A stretch of DNA of 64,000 bases from Octopus sinensis (taxonomy: Eukaryota): the NCBI RefSeq assembly GCF_006345805.1, contig NC_043007.1, positions 64,170,001-64,234,000 on the forward strand, given 5' to 3'. The translations under genes were made by a program, and so were the position numbers. This document shows, in pieces, positions 36,451-49,479 of this stretch; within the stretch, counting starts at the first letter, position 1; every line of letters begins with the position of its first letter. The notes beneath the pieces were generated by a model. The model had not been told where the DNA came from, ran no database searches, and saw only the letters and a program-made list of their open reading frames with translations.

Positions 36451-38350
36451 AAAAGTGTGTGTGTGTATGGGCAGATGAGGAAATGTATGTACATATGTGG
36501 ATGTATCGGCATTTAACGTTCATGCTTCATCCTAACATGGGTTGGATTGGATGGAAGTGAAAGTATGTATAGACATTTGTACTTTTGGAGTAACAATTAA
36601 TGCATTTAAAAAAAAAGGGCTTCAAGAAACTATCAAGAATCACAGAAAGCAAGTCACTACATTTGGTTCAAGGGAAATGAGTTACGTATGAGAATCCTCT
36701 ATCTGTTTAATAAAATCAACAAGCACTGGGATATCACAAAAATATCTGGTTTATGCACTGCATTTGATTCAAAACATTTTGTGTTGTTGTGCAGCAGTAA
36801 CATCAAATTTATTGCTGTGTAACCCATGGGTAGCCTTCTTGGTGCAATAGAAAGGGGCTGAAAGACTTGGCTACATCACTGCCAGGGACTTAGCATGTTT
36901 ACTGGAAACGCGCTCTCGTATGTGTGTGCATGTATATGTATATTTATGTATGTGTACATATATGTATGCATATATGGAAATAGGTGTGTGTATACTTTTT
37001 TCTTTTTGTACATGCATATGCAACTGTGACAAAAAAAAAAAAAAAGAATTATGTTATGTATCATTCAAACATCCACTTTCCATGCTTAAATGGATCAAAT
37101 GCAGTAAAGTGAAGCAGGTTTTTCAAAGCTGAATGGGCTTCCCATTAATCTAACCTCATCAGTTTCCAAGTAAGGTAAAGTTACTCCGAGGCCTGATATA
37201 TCTTCATAGAAAATTGGAAACAAAGTAATGCATATGTGATGGTGAGGCATGTTTATAACACCCATTTCATATCAGGACATGAAGGCAAAATTCTTCACTC
37301 CCACTTCCACAAATTTACACATTTGTATAATACATACAAAACAACTCTTAATATGCTACAAATGGTTTCATGTAGATATATACAAAATATTCAGTGTATT
37401 TTAAATAGTTGGGAATATATGGAAGAGATGTCACTCTGGATCCAAAATGTACTTCTCCAAACATGTAGAATTCAGTTAAATATGATTATATGGCAACTAT
37501 AGCGAGTGTGACTAACTGCTGTGTTGGAGAAACATTCATCACTGCAGATTTCAATGGAAAGTGAAAGAGGCATATATATATATATGCTTACAATTTTATA
37601 CATACATATATAAATGTATACTTATTTAAGTATGTATATATTTATATATGTGCTTGTATATGTATGTATACAAATATATGTATATTTAATTTTTTTCTAT
37701 ATGGTATAATTGAATTATATCATTCTTAAATTGCTACATGATGGTTCTTCTCTACTTTATATACATATGTATATAATAGATATATATATGTATACATATC
37801 TATATATATATATATATAGATGTATATGTGTATGTAGATATATGTATATATACATATATATATGTAAATAAATGCATATATATGTATATATATATGTATA
37901 TATATGTATGTATATGTGTGTATATATATGTATATATCTGTATGTATATATATGTATGTATATGCATGTATATATGTGTATATCTGTGTGTATGTATGTA
38001 TATGTGTGTATATATCTGTGTATGTATGTATATGTGTGTATATATCTGTGTGTATGTATATATATGTGTATATATATACGTATGAAAATATTTGTATGTA
38101 TATATATATGTATATATATATATATATGTATGAAAGTATATGTATGTATATATATGTATGAAAGTATATGTATGTATATATATATATATGTATGAAAGTA
38201 TATGCATATATATATGAAAGTATATGCATATATATATGAAAGTATATGCATATATATATGAAAGTATATATATGTATATATATATGAAAATATATGTATA
38301 TATATGTATGAAAATATATGTATATATATATATATATGTGTAAATATATA

Positions 38351-38450
38351 NNNNNNNNNNNNNNNNNNNNNNNNNNNNNNNNNNNNNNNNNNNNNNNNNN
38401 NNNNNNNNNNNNNNNNNNNNNNNNNNNNNNNNNNNNNNNNNNNNNNNNNN
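38351..38450. other. assembly gap (100 N)
   Basis: Run of exactly 100 N, a typical placeholder for unknown length. Confidence 0.99.
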
Positions 38451-38483
<33 letters not shown>

Positions 38484-38529
38484 ATATATAGATATATATA
38501 TTGTATATATATATGTAGTATATATATAG

Positions 38530-38599
<70 letters not shown>

Positions 38600-38685
38600 T
38601 ATGTATATATATATTATGTATATATATGTATGTATATATATATATGTATATATATATATGTATGTATGTATATATATGTATATAC

Positions 38686-39090
38686 TCTTTACTCTTTTTT
38701 ACTCTTTTACTTGTTTCAGTCATTTGACTGCGGCCATGCTGGAGCACCGCCTTTAATCGAGCAAATCGACCCCAGTACTTATTCTTTTGTAAGCCCAGTA
38801 CTTATTTTATCGGTCTCTTTTGCCGAACCGCTAAGTAACGGGGACATAAACACACCAGCATCGGTTGTCAAACAATGCTAGGGGGACAAACACATACACA
38901 CACACATATATATATATACATATATACGACAGGCTTCTTTCAGTTTCCGTCTACCAAATCCACTCACAAGGCTTTGGTCGGCCCGAGGCTATAGTAGAAG
39001 ACACTTACCCAAGGTGCCACGCAGTGGGACTAACCCGAACCATGTGGTTGGTAAACAAGCTACTTACCACACAACCACTCCTGCGCCTAT
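38686..39090 (-). mobile_element. young tRNA-derived SINE (family A), full length
   Basis: Head GGCGCAGGAGTGGTTGTGTGGTAAG, CpG-rich body, tail (GAGTAAAA)n; nearly identical to 42432-42815. Confidence 0.9.
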
Positions 39091-39333
39091 ATATATATAT
39101 ATGTATACATATATATATATATATATGTATATATATATGTATATATATGTATACATATATATATATATATTATATATGTATATATATAATATATGTATAT
39201 ATATATATGTATATATACATATGTATATATATATATTGTATACATATATATATATGTATTTATATTATATGTATACATATATAATATATATATGTATATA
39301 TATATATATGTATACATAACATATATGTATATG

Positions 39334-39369
<36 letters not shown>

Positions 39370-39436
39370 GGTCTGTATATATATATATTATGTATATATA
39401 TATATTATATATATATATATACATATATATGTATAC

Positions 39437-39478
<42 letters not shown>

Positions 39479-39630
39479 GTATACATATATATATAGGTAT
39501 ATATATATATATGTATACATATATATATATATGTATAATATATATATGTATACATATATATATATATGTATACTACATATATATATATACATATATATAT
39601 ATAGAATATGTATACATATATATATATATC

Positions 39631-39840
39631 GCAATGGCCTAGTGGTTAGGGCAGCGGACTTGCGGTCGGAGGATCGCGGTTTCGACTCCCAGACCGGGCG
39701 TTGTGTGTGTTTATTGAGCGAAAAAAACACCTAAAAGCTCTACGAGGCTCCGGCAGGTGGTGGTGATCCCTGCTGTACTCTTTCACCACTCTAAAAGGCG
39801 GTGCTCCAGCATGGCCGCAGTCAAATGACTGAAACAAGTA
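39631..39840 (+). mobile_element. tRNA-headed SINE joined to the family A tail
   Basis: A box TGGCCTAGTGG and B box GGTTTCGACTCC; from about 39793 it switches to AAAGGCGGTGCTCCAGCATGGCCGCAGTCAAATGACTGAAACAAGTA. Confidence 0.8.
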
Positions 39841-39841
39841 C

Positions 39842-39875
<34 letters not shown>

Positions 39876-39957
39876 TGTATATATTATATATGTATGTATA
39901 TATATAATATATTATATGTATGTATATATATATATATATGTATGTATGTATAATATG

Positions 39958-40030
<73 letters not shown>

Positions 40031-40688
40031 GTATGTGTATATATATATGTATATATATATATGTATGTGTATATATGTATGTATGTATATATATGTATTA
40101 TATATATATATGTATGTGTATATATATATGTATGTATGTATATATATGTATTATATATATATGTATGTGTATATATGTATATATATATATGTATGTATGT
40201 ATATATATGTATTATATATATATGTATGTGTATATATGTATGTTGTATATATATGTATTATATATATATGTATGTGTATATACGTATTATTTTATATGTA
40301 TGTATGTATATATATATATGTATGTATGTATATATATGTATTATATATATATGTGTGATATATGTATTATATATATGTATGTATGTATTATATGTATTAT
40401 AATATATGTATGTATATATATGTATATATATATATGTAGTAGTATATATGTATATATATATATGTATGTATATATATGTATTATATATTATTATGTATGT
40501 ATGTATATGTATGTAGGATATATATGTATGTATGTATATATATTATTTGTATGTATGTATGTATGTATATATGTATGTATGTATGTAATGTATATGGTAT
40601 GTATGTATGTATATATATATATAGTGTGTATGTGTATATGATATAGGTAGTATGTATATATGTATGTATATGTATATATGTATGTATT

Positions 40689-40724
<36 letters not shown>

Positions 40725-40769
40725 GTATGTATGTAGATTATATTTGTATGTATATATATATATGTATGT

Positions 40770-40809
<40 letters not shown>

Positions 40810-40885
40810 CTATGTATGTATATATATATGGTATATATATATGTATGTATATATATATATGTATGTATATATATATATGTGTATG

Positions 40886-40922
<37 letters not shown>

Positions 40923-41392
40923 GTATGTGTATGTATATATATGTATGTATATATATGTATGTGTATGTATATATATGTATGTGTATGTATATATATGTAT
41001 GTGTATGTATATGTATGTATATATATATATATATATGTATGTATATATATATATATGTTTGTATGTATGTATGTATATGTATGTATGTATGTATGTATGT
41101 ATATGTATGTATATATATGTATGTATGTATATGTATGTATGTATGTATATATATATATGTATGTATGTATATATATGTATGTATATATGTATATATATGT
41201 ATGTATGTATATATATATATGTATATATTTGTATGTATGTATATATATACGTATATGTATGTATGTATATATATATGTATGTATGTATGTATGTGTATAT
41301 ATATATATATATGTATGTATGTATATATATATGTATGTATGTATGTGTATATATATATATATATATATGTATACATACCTAAATATATATAT

Positions 41393-41432
<40 letters not shown>

Positions 41433-42431
41433 GTGTATGCATAAATGTGTGTGTGTGTGTATAAACATATGTATTGTAAAGTGGTTGGCATTAGAAAGGG
41501 CATCCAGCTGTAATAAGGATGTCAAAACAGATAGTCCTTCGCTTCGCCACCGCCTTCAAAGTGTCCAGCCCATACCAGCATGGAAAATGAATGTTAAATA
41601 ATGATGACAGTTATATGTGTATATATGTACATTGTATGTGTATATATAAATATGTATTCATGTAAGTATATGATGATGATGATGAATGTGTGTTTATATA
41701 TGTGTGTATGCATGTATACATGCATATATGTATATAAGTATGTGTATATATACATTTCTGCGTGTGTGTATACATATATAATTTTAATTATTATTACCTA
41801 ATATCAGTTAGTTGTGATGTATGATAGGTGTTTTTTATATTGTTGAATATATATGTCCTGATTTGCCTTATATTTTTAACTGTCTATTATATATATATTG
41901 CTCTTGAAATCCATTGACATACAAGACTTACATAATAAAAGCAATGTATGGATATATATAATATACTTTACACACACACATAACTAGTTGATACTAAGAA
42001 AATTGCCATACACCAACCCAATTGCCTGTTTATAAGTATATGTGATGTATATTCTGAACTATGTCACTGTCATTAAAAGAATTGTGTTTTGTTGGTTTTT
42101 TTCATTATACTGTATTGAAACTGGCTGTAATATGTTGAGTAATTGTACTTTATCCAGTGTTATTAATTTGACATAATTTACCTTATAATTGTATTTATTC
42201 TGTTCAGAATTAAGATGTCTTATAGAGGATATTATTTATTATCAATAATTTCAATTCCTACTTCTGTCAGTAAACCAAATAGCAGTCAGGATTTAATCAA
42301 CTGCACCACTCCTCTGCAATACGTAGCTTTGTGACTGTAACAGTTATTAAGTTGTTGAAATTGCTACAAACTGTCAGACTACAAACTATTTTCTCAAATT
42401 TGTAAGATTCTATTTTTTAAAAAATTTTTTT

Positions 42432-42815
42432 TTTTACTTGTTTCAGTCATTTGACTGCGGCCATGCTGGAGCACCACCTTTAGTCGAGCAAATCGACCCC
42501 GGGACTTATTCTTTGTAAGCCCAGTACTTATTCTATCGGTCTCTTTTGCCGAACCGCTAAGTGACGGGGATGTAAACACACCAGCATCGGTTGTCAAGCA
42601 ATGCTAGGGGGACAAACACAGACACACACACATACATATATATACATATATACGACAGGCTTCTTTCAGTTTCCGTCTACCAAATCCACTCACAAGGCAT
42701 TGGTCGGCCCGGGGCTATAGCAGAAGACACTTGCCCAAGATGCCACGCAGTGGGACTGAACCCGGAACCATGTGGTTGGTTAGCAAGCTACTTACCACAC
42801 AGCCACTCCTGCGCC
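42432..42815 (-). mobile_element. young tRNA-derived SINE (family A), full length
   Basis: Same structure as 38686-39090. Confidence 0.9.
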
Positions 42816-43584
42816 TATATATATATATTCTATATATATTCTATATATATTCTATAGAAAAAATTTTTTTTTAAATAAGTACAATTGAAGTTTAGAAAAT
42901 GAGAAAGTAATATCCATTGAGCAGAAATAAGATCCCATCTGAATCTGTAAACCAAGTTTCAATTTCTGTTTCATAGTTGTGATGATGATGCTGTAACATC
43001 AACATCACATTCTTTCATTTCTTTCCTTGTTCGTATCCACTTAAGAAAGATTGCAATGATGGAGATATGGTAAAGATCAACTTGCTGAAAAAATAGTTTA
43101 TATATTTTGAGTAAGGCATAAATCTCTGGAATTCCTTCAATTACTTGAGATTATGTATCTTAAAGGGAGAGAGAGTAAGATTAAGTTTATTGAGTGGCAG
43201 AATTGGTTGTTCACTGAAGTTAATGGTTTAAAATTTTCATTTTCCTTCTACATTCAAATTCCCTTGTGGTTGATATTTCTTTTCATCTACCTGAGTCAAT
43301 AAAATAAGTGCCAGGGATAGTTGACAGAAGTTTATTCAGTTGGCTTTCCCTTCTCTGACACTATGCCAATATAAGAAATCACTTGAATTCAAATTCTGTT
43401 TGGACTGACTTCTGTTAAGTTTTTTTTGTGGATTCAGAAATCTTTTTGTGCTTGTGAAAAGAAATTATTGTTGTCATTTGTCTGTACACAAAGAAATGAC
43501 TAATTTGATAGTGAACTTTCCCTTCCTCACTAAATCCTTAGCCCAGTTGCATCTAAAAGCACTGCTCTCATTTGGCATAGTGTG

Positions 43585-45135
43585 TCATCATCATCATCTA
43601 ATGTCTGCTTTCCATGCTAGCATGGGTTGGACAATTTGACTGAGGTCTGGCGAACCAGATGGCTGCACCAGGCTCCAATCTGATCTAGCAGAGTTTCTAC
43701 AGCTAGATGCCCTTCCTAACGCCAACCACTCCGAGAGTGTAGTGGGTGCTTTTACGTGCCACCGGCATGAGGGCCAGTCAGGCAGTACTGACAGTGGCCA
43801 TGCTCAAATGGTGCTTTTTATGTGGCTCCTGCACAAGAGCCAGTTCAGTGGCACTGGCAACAACCTTGCTCGAATGTTTTTTCACATGCCAGTAGGGCGA
43901 TGCAGGTAACGATCACGCTCGAATGGTGCTTTTTACGTGCCATCAGCATTGAGGCTAGCTTGTTGCTCTGGCAACGATCACTCTCATATGGTACTCTTAG
44001 CGCCCCACTAGCATGGATGCCAGTCATCAGATTTGATTACGATTTCACTTGCCTCAACAGGTCTTGGTAAGCAGAGTTTAGTGTCCTATGAAGGAAAGGT
44101 ACGCATAAGTGGGCTGGTTGCACCCCCTGGCATAGGCCACAAGGTTATGGTCTCTCTTGAGCTTGCCGCGTCTTCTCAAGCACAGCATATTTCCAAAGGT
44201 CCCAGTCACTAGTCATTGCCTCGGTGAGGCCCAATGTTCAAAGGTCATGCTTCACTACCTCATCCCAGGTCTTCCTGGGTCTACCTCTTCCACAGGTTCC
44301 CTCAACCGCTAGGGTGTGGCACTTTTTCACACAGCTGTCTACATCCATTATTGCCATATGACCATACCAGCGCAGTCATCTCTTTTGCACACCACATCTG
44401 ATGCTTCTTAGGTCCAACTTTTCTCTCAAGGTACTAACACTGTCAAGTATGCACACTGACATTACACATCCATCGGAGCATACTGGTTTCATTCCTTGTG
44501 AGCTTACGCATGTCCTCAGCAGTCACGACCCATGTTTCACTGCCATGTAGCATGGCTGTTCGTACACATGCGTCATACAGTCTATCTTTTACTCTGAGTG
44601 AGAGGCCCTTTGTCACCAGCAGAGGTAAGAGCTCTCTGAACTTTGCCCAGGGTATTCTTATTCTAGCGGCTACACTTTCAGCGCACCCTCCCCTGCTACT
44701 GACTTGGTCACCTAGGTAATGGAAGCTATCAACTACTTCTAGTTTTTCTCCCTGGAATGTGGCAGAAGTTGTTCTCTGCACATTTTCAGTGTTTATTGCT
44801 CCTGAGCATCTGCCACATACAAAAGACTATCTTCCCAGTTAGCCTTCCTTTGATATTGCTGCACCTCTTATGTGTCCATTGCTTACACTGGGTACATCTT
44901 ATATAGTTTCTATTTATGCCTTTTCTACAGATTGAGCAGGGCCATCTTCCTGAAGGGATTTGTGGTTTGTCTGCCTTCCTACTTATTAAGACTTTGGTTT
45001 TAGCTAGGTTGACTCTAAGGCCCTTCGATTCTAATCCTTGTTTTCACATTTGAAACTTCTCCTCCAGTTCTGATAGTGACTCAGCATTTAGAGCAAGGTT
45101 GTCAGCATAGAGGAGCTCCCAGGGGCATCCTGTCT
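43585..45135 (-). mobile_element. RTE LINE, 5'-truncated, same family as 2935-6175
   Basis: Starts at GCPWELLYADNLAL; includes the Cys-rich insert, FHYLG...AMLHGSETW (44443-44781), the 3' UTR and the (GAT)n tail. Confidence 0.95.
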
Positions 45136-47581
45136 TAAGACTGTGTGTGTGTGAGAGAGAGAGAGAGAGAAAGAAGAAGACATACTGAATACACTGTTAT
45201 TTCTGGTTCTAGATTTCATTTTCATAAAATATTTTAAGTTCTCAATCTGCTCACAGTTCTGGACTACTCAAATGAGAAAGGTAAAACTGAAAATGAACAT
45301 TTGTGATAGAATTTGAAAACAAGGTACTGAACTAAAAGAAAAATAAAACTGAAGTTAATAGTCCAGCTCACAGCTAAGCAACAGCTCACAGCTCACAGCT
45401 AAGCAAATATTAGTTAAATATATTTATTTTTGCTATTTTGTTCAAGAATTTTGATGCTCAAAAGCTATGTTGAAGTGAGAATATGAGATTGACAATTGAA
45501 AGATAAAGATTTTGATTGTTATTAGATCACCTCTAGTGCTTCACTTAAAGTCTTTCCTCATGAAAATCAAAATTATGATCCACTAATTGTTGAGTTCATT
45601 CCCCTTTTTCAACTTGTCCATTTATGCCAAAGATTCCTTCTCATTGAGGCTAAAAATGTCTATGTATATTTTAAATTGAATACATGTATGGTATATATAT
45701 GGTTTTAGTTAGGTTTTCTAATTACATCAGAAGCTAAGTTAAATGATTAAAATGTGATTATAGGTATTTACTTAAAAGCAAAGCTGTTGGAATTGGTTAT
45801 TGAGTTTCTGGAGTCAGAGCTGGTAAAACTTCACGGTCTTTAACTTTGAAATTTCCTATTCAAGTTACAGATTTGGATGTAATCAAATCAGATTTAAAGG
45901 CCTTGGTAGAAGCAATTCTGTTTCTAAGAACAAGATATTTGTAAACTTTGGACTTGGATTTTTGATTTAAATCCTATTCTACAGAGAGAATGTTTTTTGA
46001 TGAATTTTGTTAAGATATAAACTTGTCAGTCCTTTACAGTGTAATTTTTATATCATGTTACTTTCACTTCAATTTTATATTCAAACAGTGCTTAAATCTC
46101 AAAAGGAAGAGTTATGTATCTAACTGAGTTTATTCCTTTCAATCATCTAGATATGTATATGTGTGGTTGGAAGTAACAGCACATAGGTTAGTAATGTATA
46201 GCAGGAAGATTGTGTGATACATAACCCATCTTTGAACATCTGAATTATAGAATATGGGTTGGAAATAACTCCTCCAGCAATTCAGCAACTTATGCAATGC
46301 AGGAAACTTCCAAGAGATAGGAGACATGTAATTTTGCTGTTTCATACCAAATATGTTTGAAAAATTTGCTGATGGCAAAAGTTCAACTTCTCCAACACAA
46401 GATCAATCACCTACTCCAAAGTAAAAGTATTACTTATCAAATAACTCTAAAGAATATCAAACAATCAACCATCTTATGTTCTAGGGAGGAAGCCTCTATG
46501 CAGTTGCTTGACCTGCTTGAAACAGCAGCCAGATTGCCCTCAAGTTATACTCTACCATCATAAAAAAGAAACAAGAATAGTCCTAAATACACTAAATTTT
46601 AATACATGTTGATATAGTTATGGTTGAACTGTCTTTGATCACAAGTTTTCCTTTTTAGGATTAACTTGGAGCTAAATAACAACCACCACTATTGCAACAA
46701 ACATCCTACATGCAGACATAAATACTAGGAATTTTCTTCAATACCTCTACAACATTCATTACAGTCAGTCTCCAATCTCCTTAAGGAACTACAATGAATA
46801 CAAAGTAGGGCACTTTGCATAATCATAAACTGCAAATGGATCCCAACTTCAGTCTACTTTCACAAGGTAGCACTCAATCTAGACACACAATAGATACCTA
46901 CATATAATAGTACTGATAACCTCATTTGTCTCAAACGTTGTTCAGAACACTACTAGAGTCACATGCAGAGGAACCACAACAATTGTGCTCCAATCCTGTT
47001 CACTTTGTTGTCTCCTCCACTATGGCCAACATCAGAACTTACAGGCTTGCAAGTGAGCAAATGGAAAAAACTTCTACATGGTCACCTGACTTTTCAAGAA
47101 ATAGCCAAATTTTCATCAATTCATACCGTATCATTAAAAAATGAAAAAGCATTTTATATAAATAAAATTCTCAATTTGCCCAAAATAAAAATAAAATACA
47201 AGCTTCACTACTGGAATGCTGGTAGATCATTGGCCTGCTTTATTAGAGCTGATCTAAAGTTAAACAAAAGCAGGTATTCAAGAACACACTATACAGCAGA
47301 GAGGGAAAAGAAACCCTGCCTAGATTGACACACTACTCCATACAATAACTCACTGCATGTTGTCATCAACTAGGTGGAGGCACAGCATATTTGGAGCATA
47401 TCTATGAATCTCACAGTTCTATAGGTCTACTCAGTTTGATTTGGGCTACATTATAATAGCTACAATTTAATTTATGTTTTGAGGTGAGGTATTTATAAAT
47501 TAATTTATTTTTGTTTATATATCTACCTATCTATCTATCTATATATATATATAATCTCAGAACCATAAAAATTCAGGAGGT

Positions 47582-47903
47582 GTGAAAGGTGAATATATTT
47601 ATTAAACCACTTGTCATCCTTAGGATTACAGCTGTTTTGCAGTCTTCGTCATATAATAATTATTTCAGTGTATAATGAATTGAAGCATTGGTGTAACCAT
47701 GATGTTCTAGCATCTGATGAGTAGCTTTCTTTATTTGTATTGATTTGTAAATATACAATTGTATTGGATAATTCATAACATGCATATTAAAGCAAACTGT
47801 AAAATATTTTATCATACACTGAAACTAGTACATAATAAAGTCTGCAAAACAGCTGTAACACTAAGGATTACAAGTGGTTAAGTAAATATAGCCACCTCTC
47901 ACA
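47582..47903 (+). mobile_element. foldback element (~95-bp diverged arms) with a degenerate long-helix-II hammerhead
   Basis: Arms 47582-47680/47806-47903; UAGCAU-CUGAUGA(47714)-GUAG...CUGC-AAAA-CAGCUG-UA(47857). Confidence 0.55.
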
Positions 47904-49479
47904 CGTCCTAGATTTCAGCTGCATAGAACTCTGCATTATATTCCTTCATATTAGATTACTAGGTGGACTGCTAGCTGGATCCACTAGAGAAGCTTTCTGT
48001 GATAGCTACATGATTTTATGAATCCATACATTACACTGTGTGTGCGTGTGCGCGCGTGCAATGTTGCATGTATTAAAAAAATACAAAGATAAATAAAGAA
48101 TAATTGGCTTTTAAATCCTCTTTGTAAGCAGAGGAATGAGGGTATATGTGTTCTTAGTGTTCAGCAAATTGTGACATTTTGTCAAAAGAATCTCCTCCAT
48201 TTTCTGTATACAAATAGGGTTTAACTACATAGTCATGAGGTTGTTAGATCAGATCTTGTTTTCTCTCTAGGTAAGGTTCCTAACTCTGCTTGCTCCAGTT
48301 TGTCTAGTAAATCATTCTGCCTGTTGGAAGCATGTTATTTGCTACATGTACATGCAAACTTCACACAATCACTAACAGGCTTTGGTGGTTAACATGTTAA
48401 TCAAAATATTTTAAACTGAAATTTTATCTTTAATTGCAATTTGTTGACAGGCTAAAATTGTAAGTGAAAGAAAATTTCAGTTTATCTAAACTGCTTAACT
48501 GAATCAATTCTATTATCAAGATAGGGTAAAAAAAAAAAGATGTTGAAAAATATAGAAAATAATTTGAATATAGTCTTTTTTCTTCCTAGTTATAATTCTA
48601 TATCATTTTCATGCTATAGTTGTTGTTACAATGGACATTACTGAATCTATGAAGTTGCTATAGTGATAAACTTTTATAAATTAGTCCAATTATTTCTGGT
48701 TTTCAAAATAAAAACTTTGATTTCTAATAGGTTTCTATGTATGTATGTCTTTGTACAAACCTAATGTTTAGAAGCCATCATATTGAGCTGATGATTAATC
48801 ATTCAGTACTTTTTGTTTAAAAAAAAGATTAAAAATTTACATAGCAGATATTTTGGTACAACAGCTTTACTCTGTTTAGTGTAATAGAATGTGGAGTTTG
48901 GCCCTGGGCCAGATTAAGTCATTGTGTACATCAAGCAGTTGTTTACTTCCAGGCAAACACTTACTTGAGAAAAACATATTATGTGCTGCTTAACAGCAAT
49001 TGTAGGGCAATGTTCCATGTGGTCTCACATCAAACAGGAACATTGTAAAGCTGGCATATAATACTGTTGGGGCTGTATCATAAGTATGCTTCTGTAGATC
49101 CTTTTTCAATACTCTCCTTTATCGGTTACTTTTTAAATACTTGTTTTAGTCATTGAACTGCAGTCATGCTGAGGCACTGTCTTCAAGGTTTTAGTTGATG
49201 AAATTGATCCAATACTTATTCTTAAGTGTGATATTTACTTTATTGGTCTCTCTTTGCTAAACTGCTAAGTTATAGGGGCATAAACCAAGACCAATTATCC
49301 AGAAGTGAGACAAGCATGTATGTGCATAGAGGCTTCTGCATTGTTTCTATCTAGCAAATTTATTTATAATGCATTGATCAGTTAGGGGCTTTTGTAGAAG
49401 ACATTCACCCAAGGTGCCTTGCAAAGGGACTGAAATTGAGTGGAAGCTAAATATCTTAACCACACAGTCATACCAGCAA

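Larger units (their letters stand above)
37570..41460. repeat. ~3.9-kb cryptic (TA)/(TATG) simple-sequence tract interrupted by SINEs
   Basis: Directly visible; includes a local (TATGAAAGTATA) sub-repeat at about 38130-38330. Confidence 0.95.

Noticed and set aside
35735-36523. 262-aa and 235-aa repetitive ORFs resembling C2H2 linkers (IHRYT, IFTGT)
   Set aside because: No C-x2-C...H-x3-H pattern or TGEKP linker; they are translations of a minisatellite.
36860-36920. CTGAAAGA...GAAACGCGCTC resembling a schistosome-type hammerhead
   Set aside because: The core has an extra base, and the stem does not abut GAAA.
37100-37170. Minus-strand CUGAUGA...GAAA...UUC hammerhead-like order
   Set aside because: Helix I cannot pair, the helix II base is poor, and the segment aligns with a decayed SINE.
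39631-39700. Possible tRNA gene
   Set aside because: A and B boxes are present but there is no proper acceptor stem, and it runs into a SINE body and tail.
37726-41503. Long ORFs rich in Y/I/H/T/M/C/V (up to 340 aa)
   Set aside because: Translations of (TA)/(TATG)/(CA) simple repeats, which lack stop codons in several frames; the same applies near 712-979, 18539-18940 and 30604-30979.
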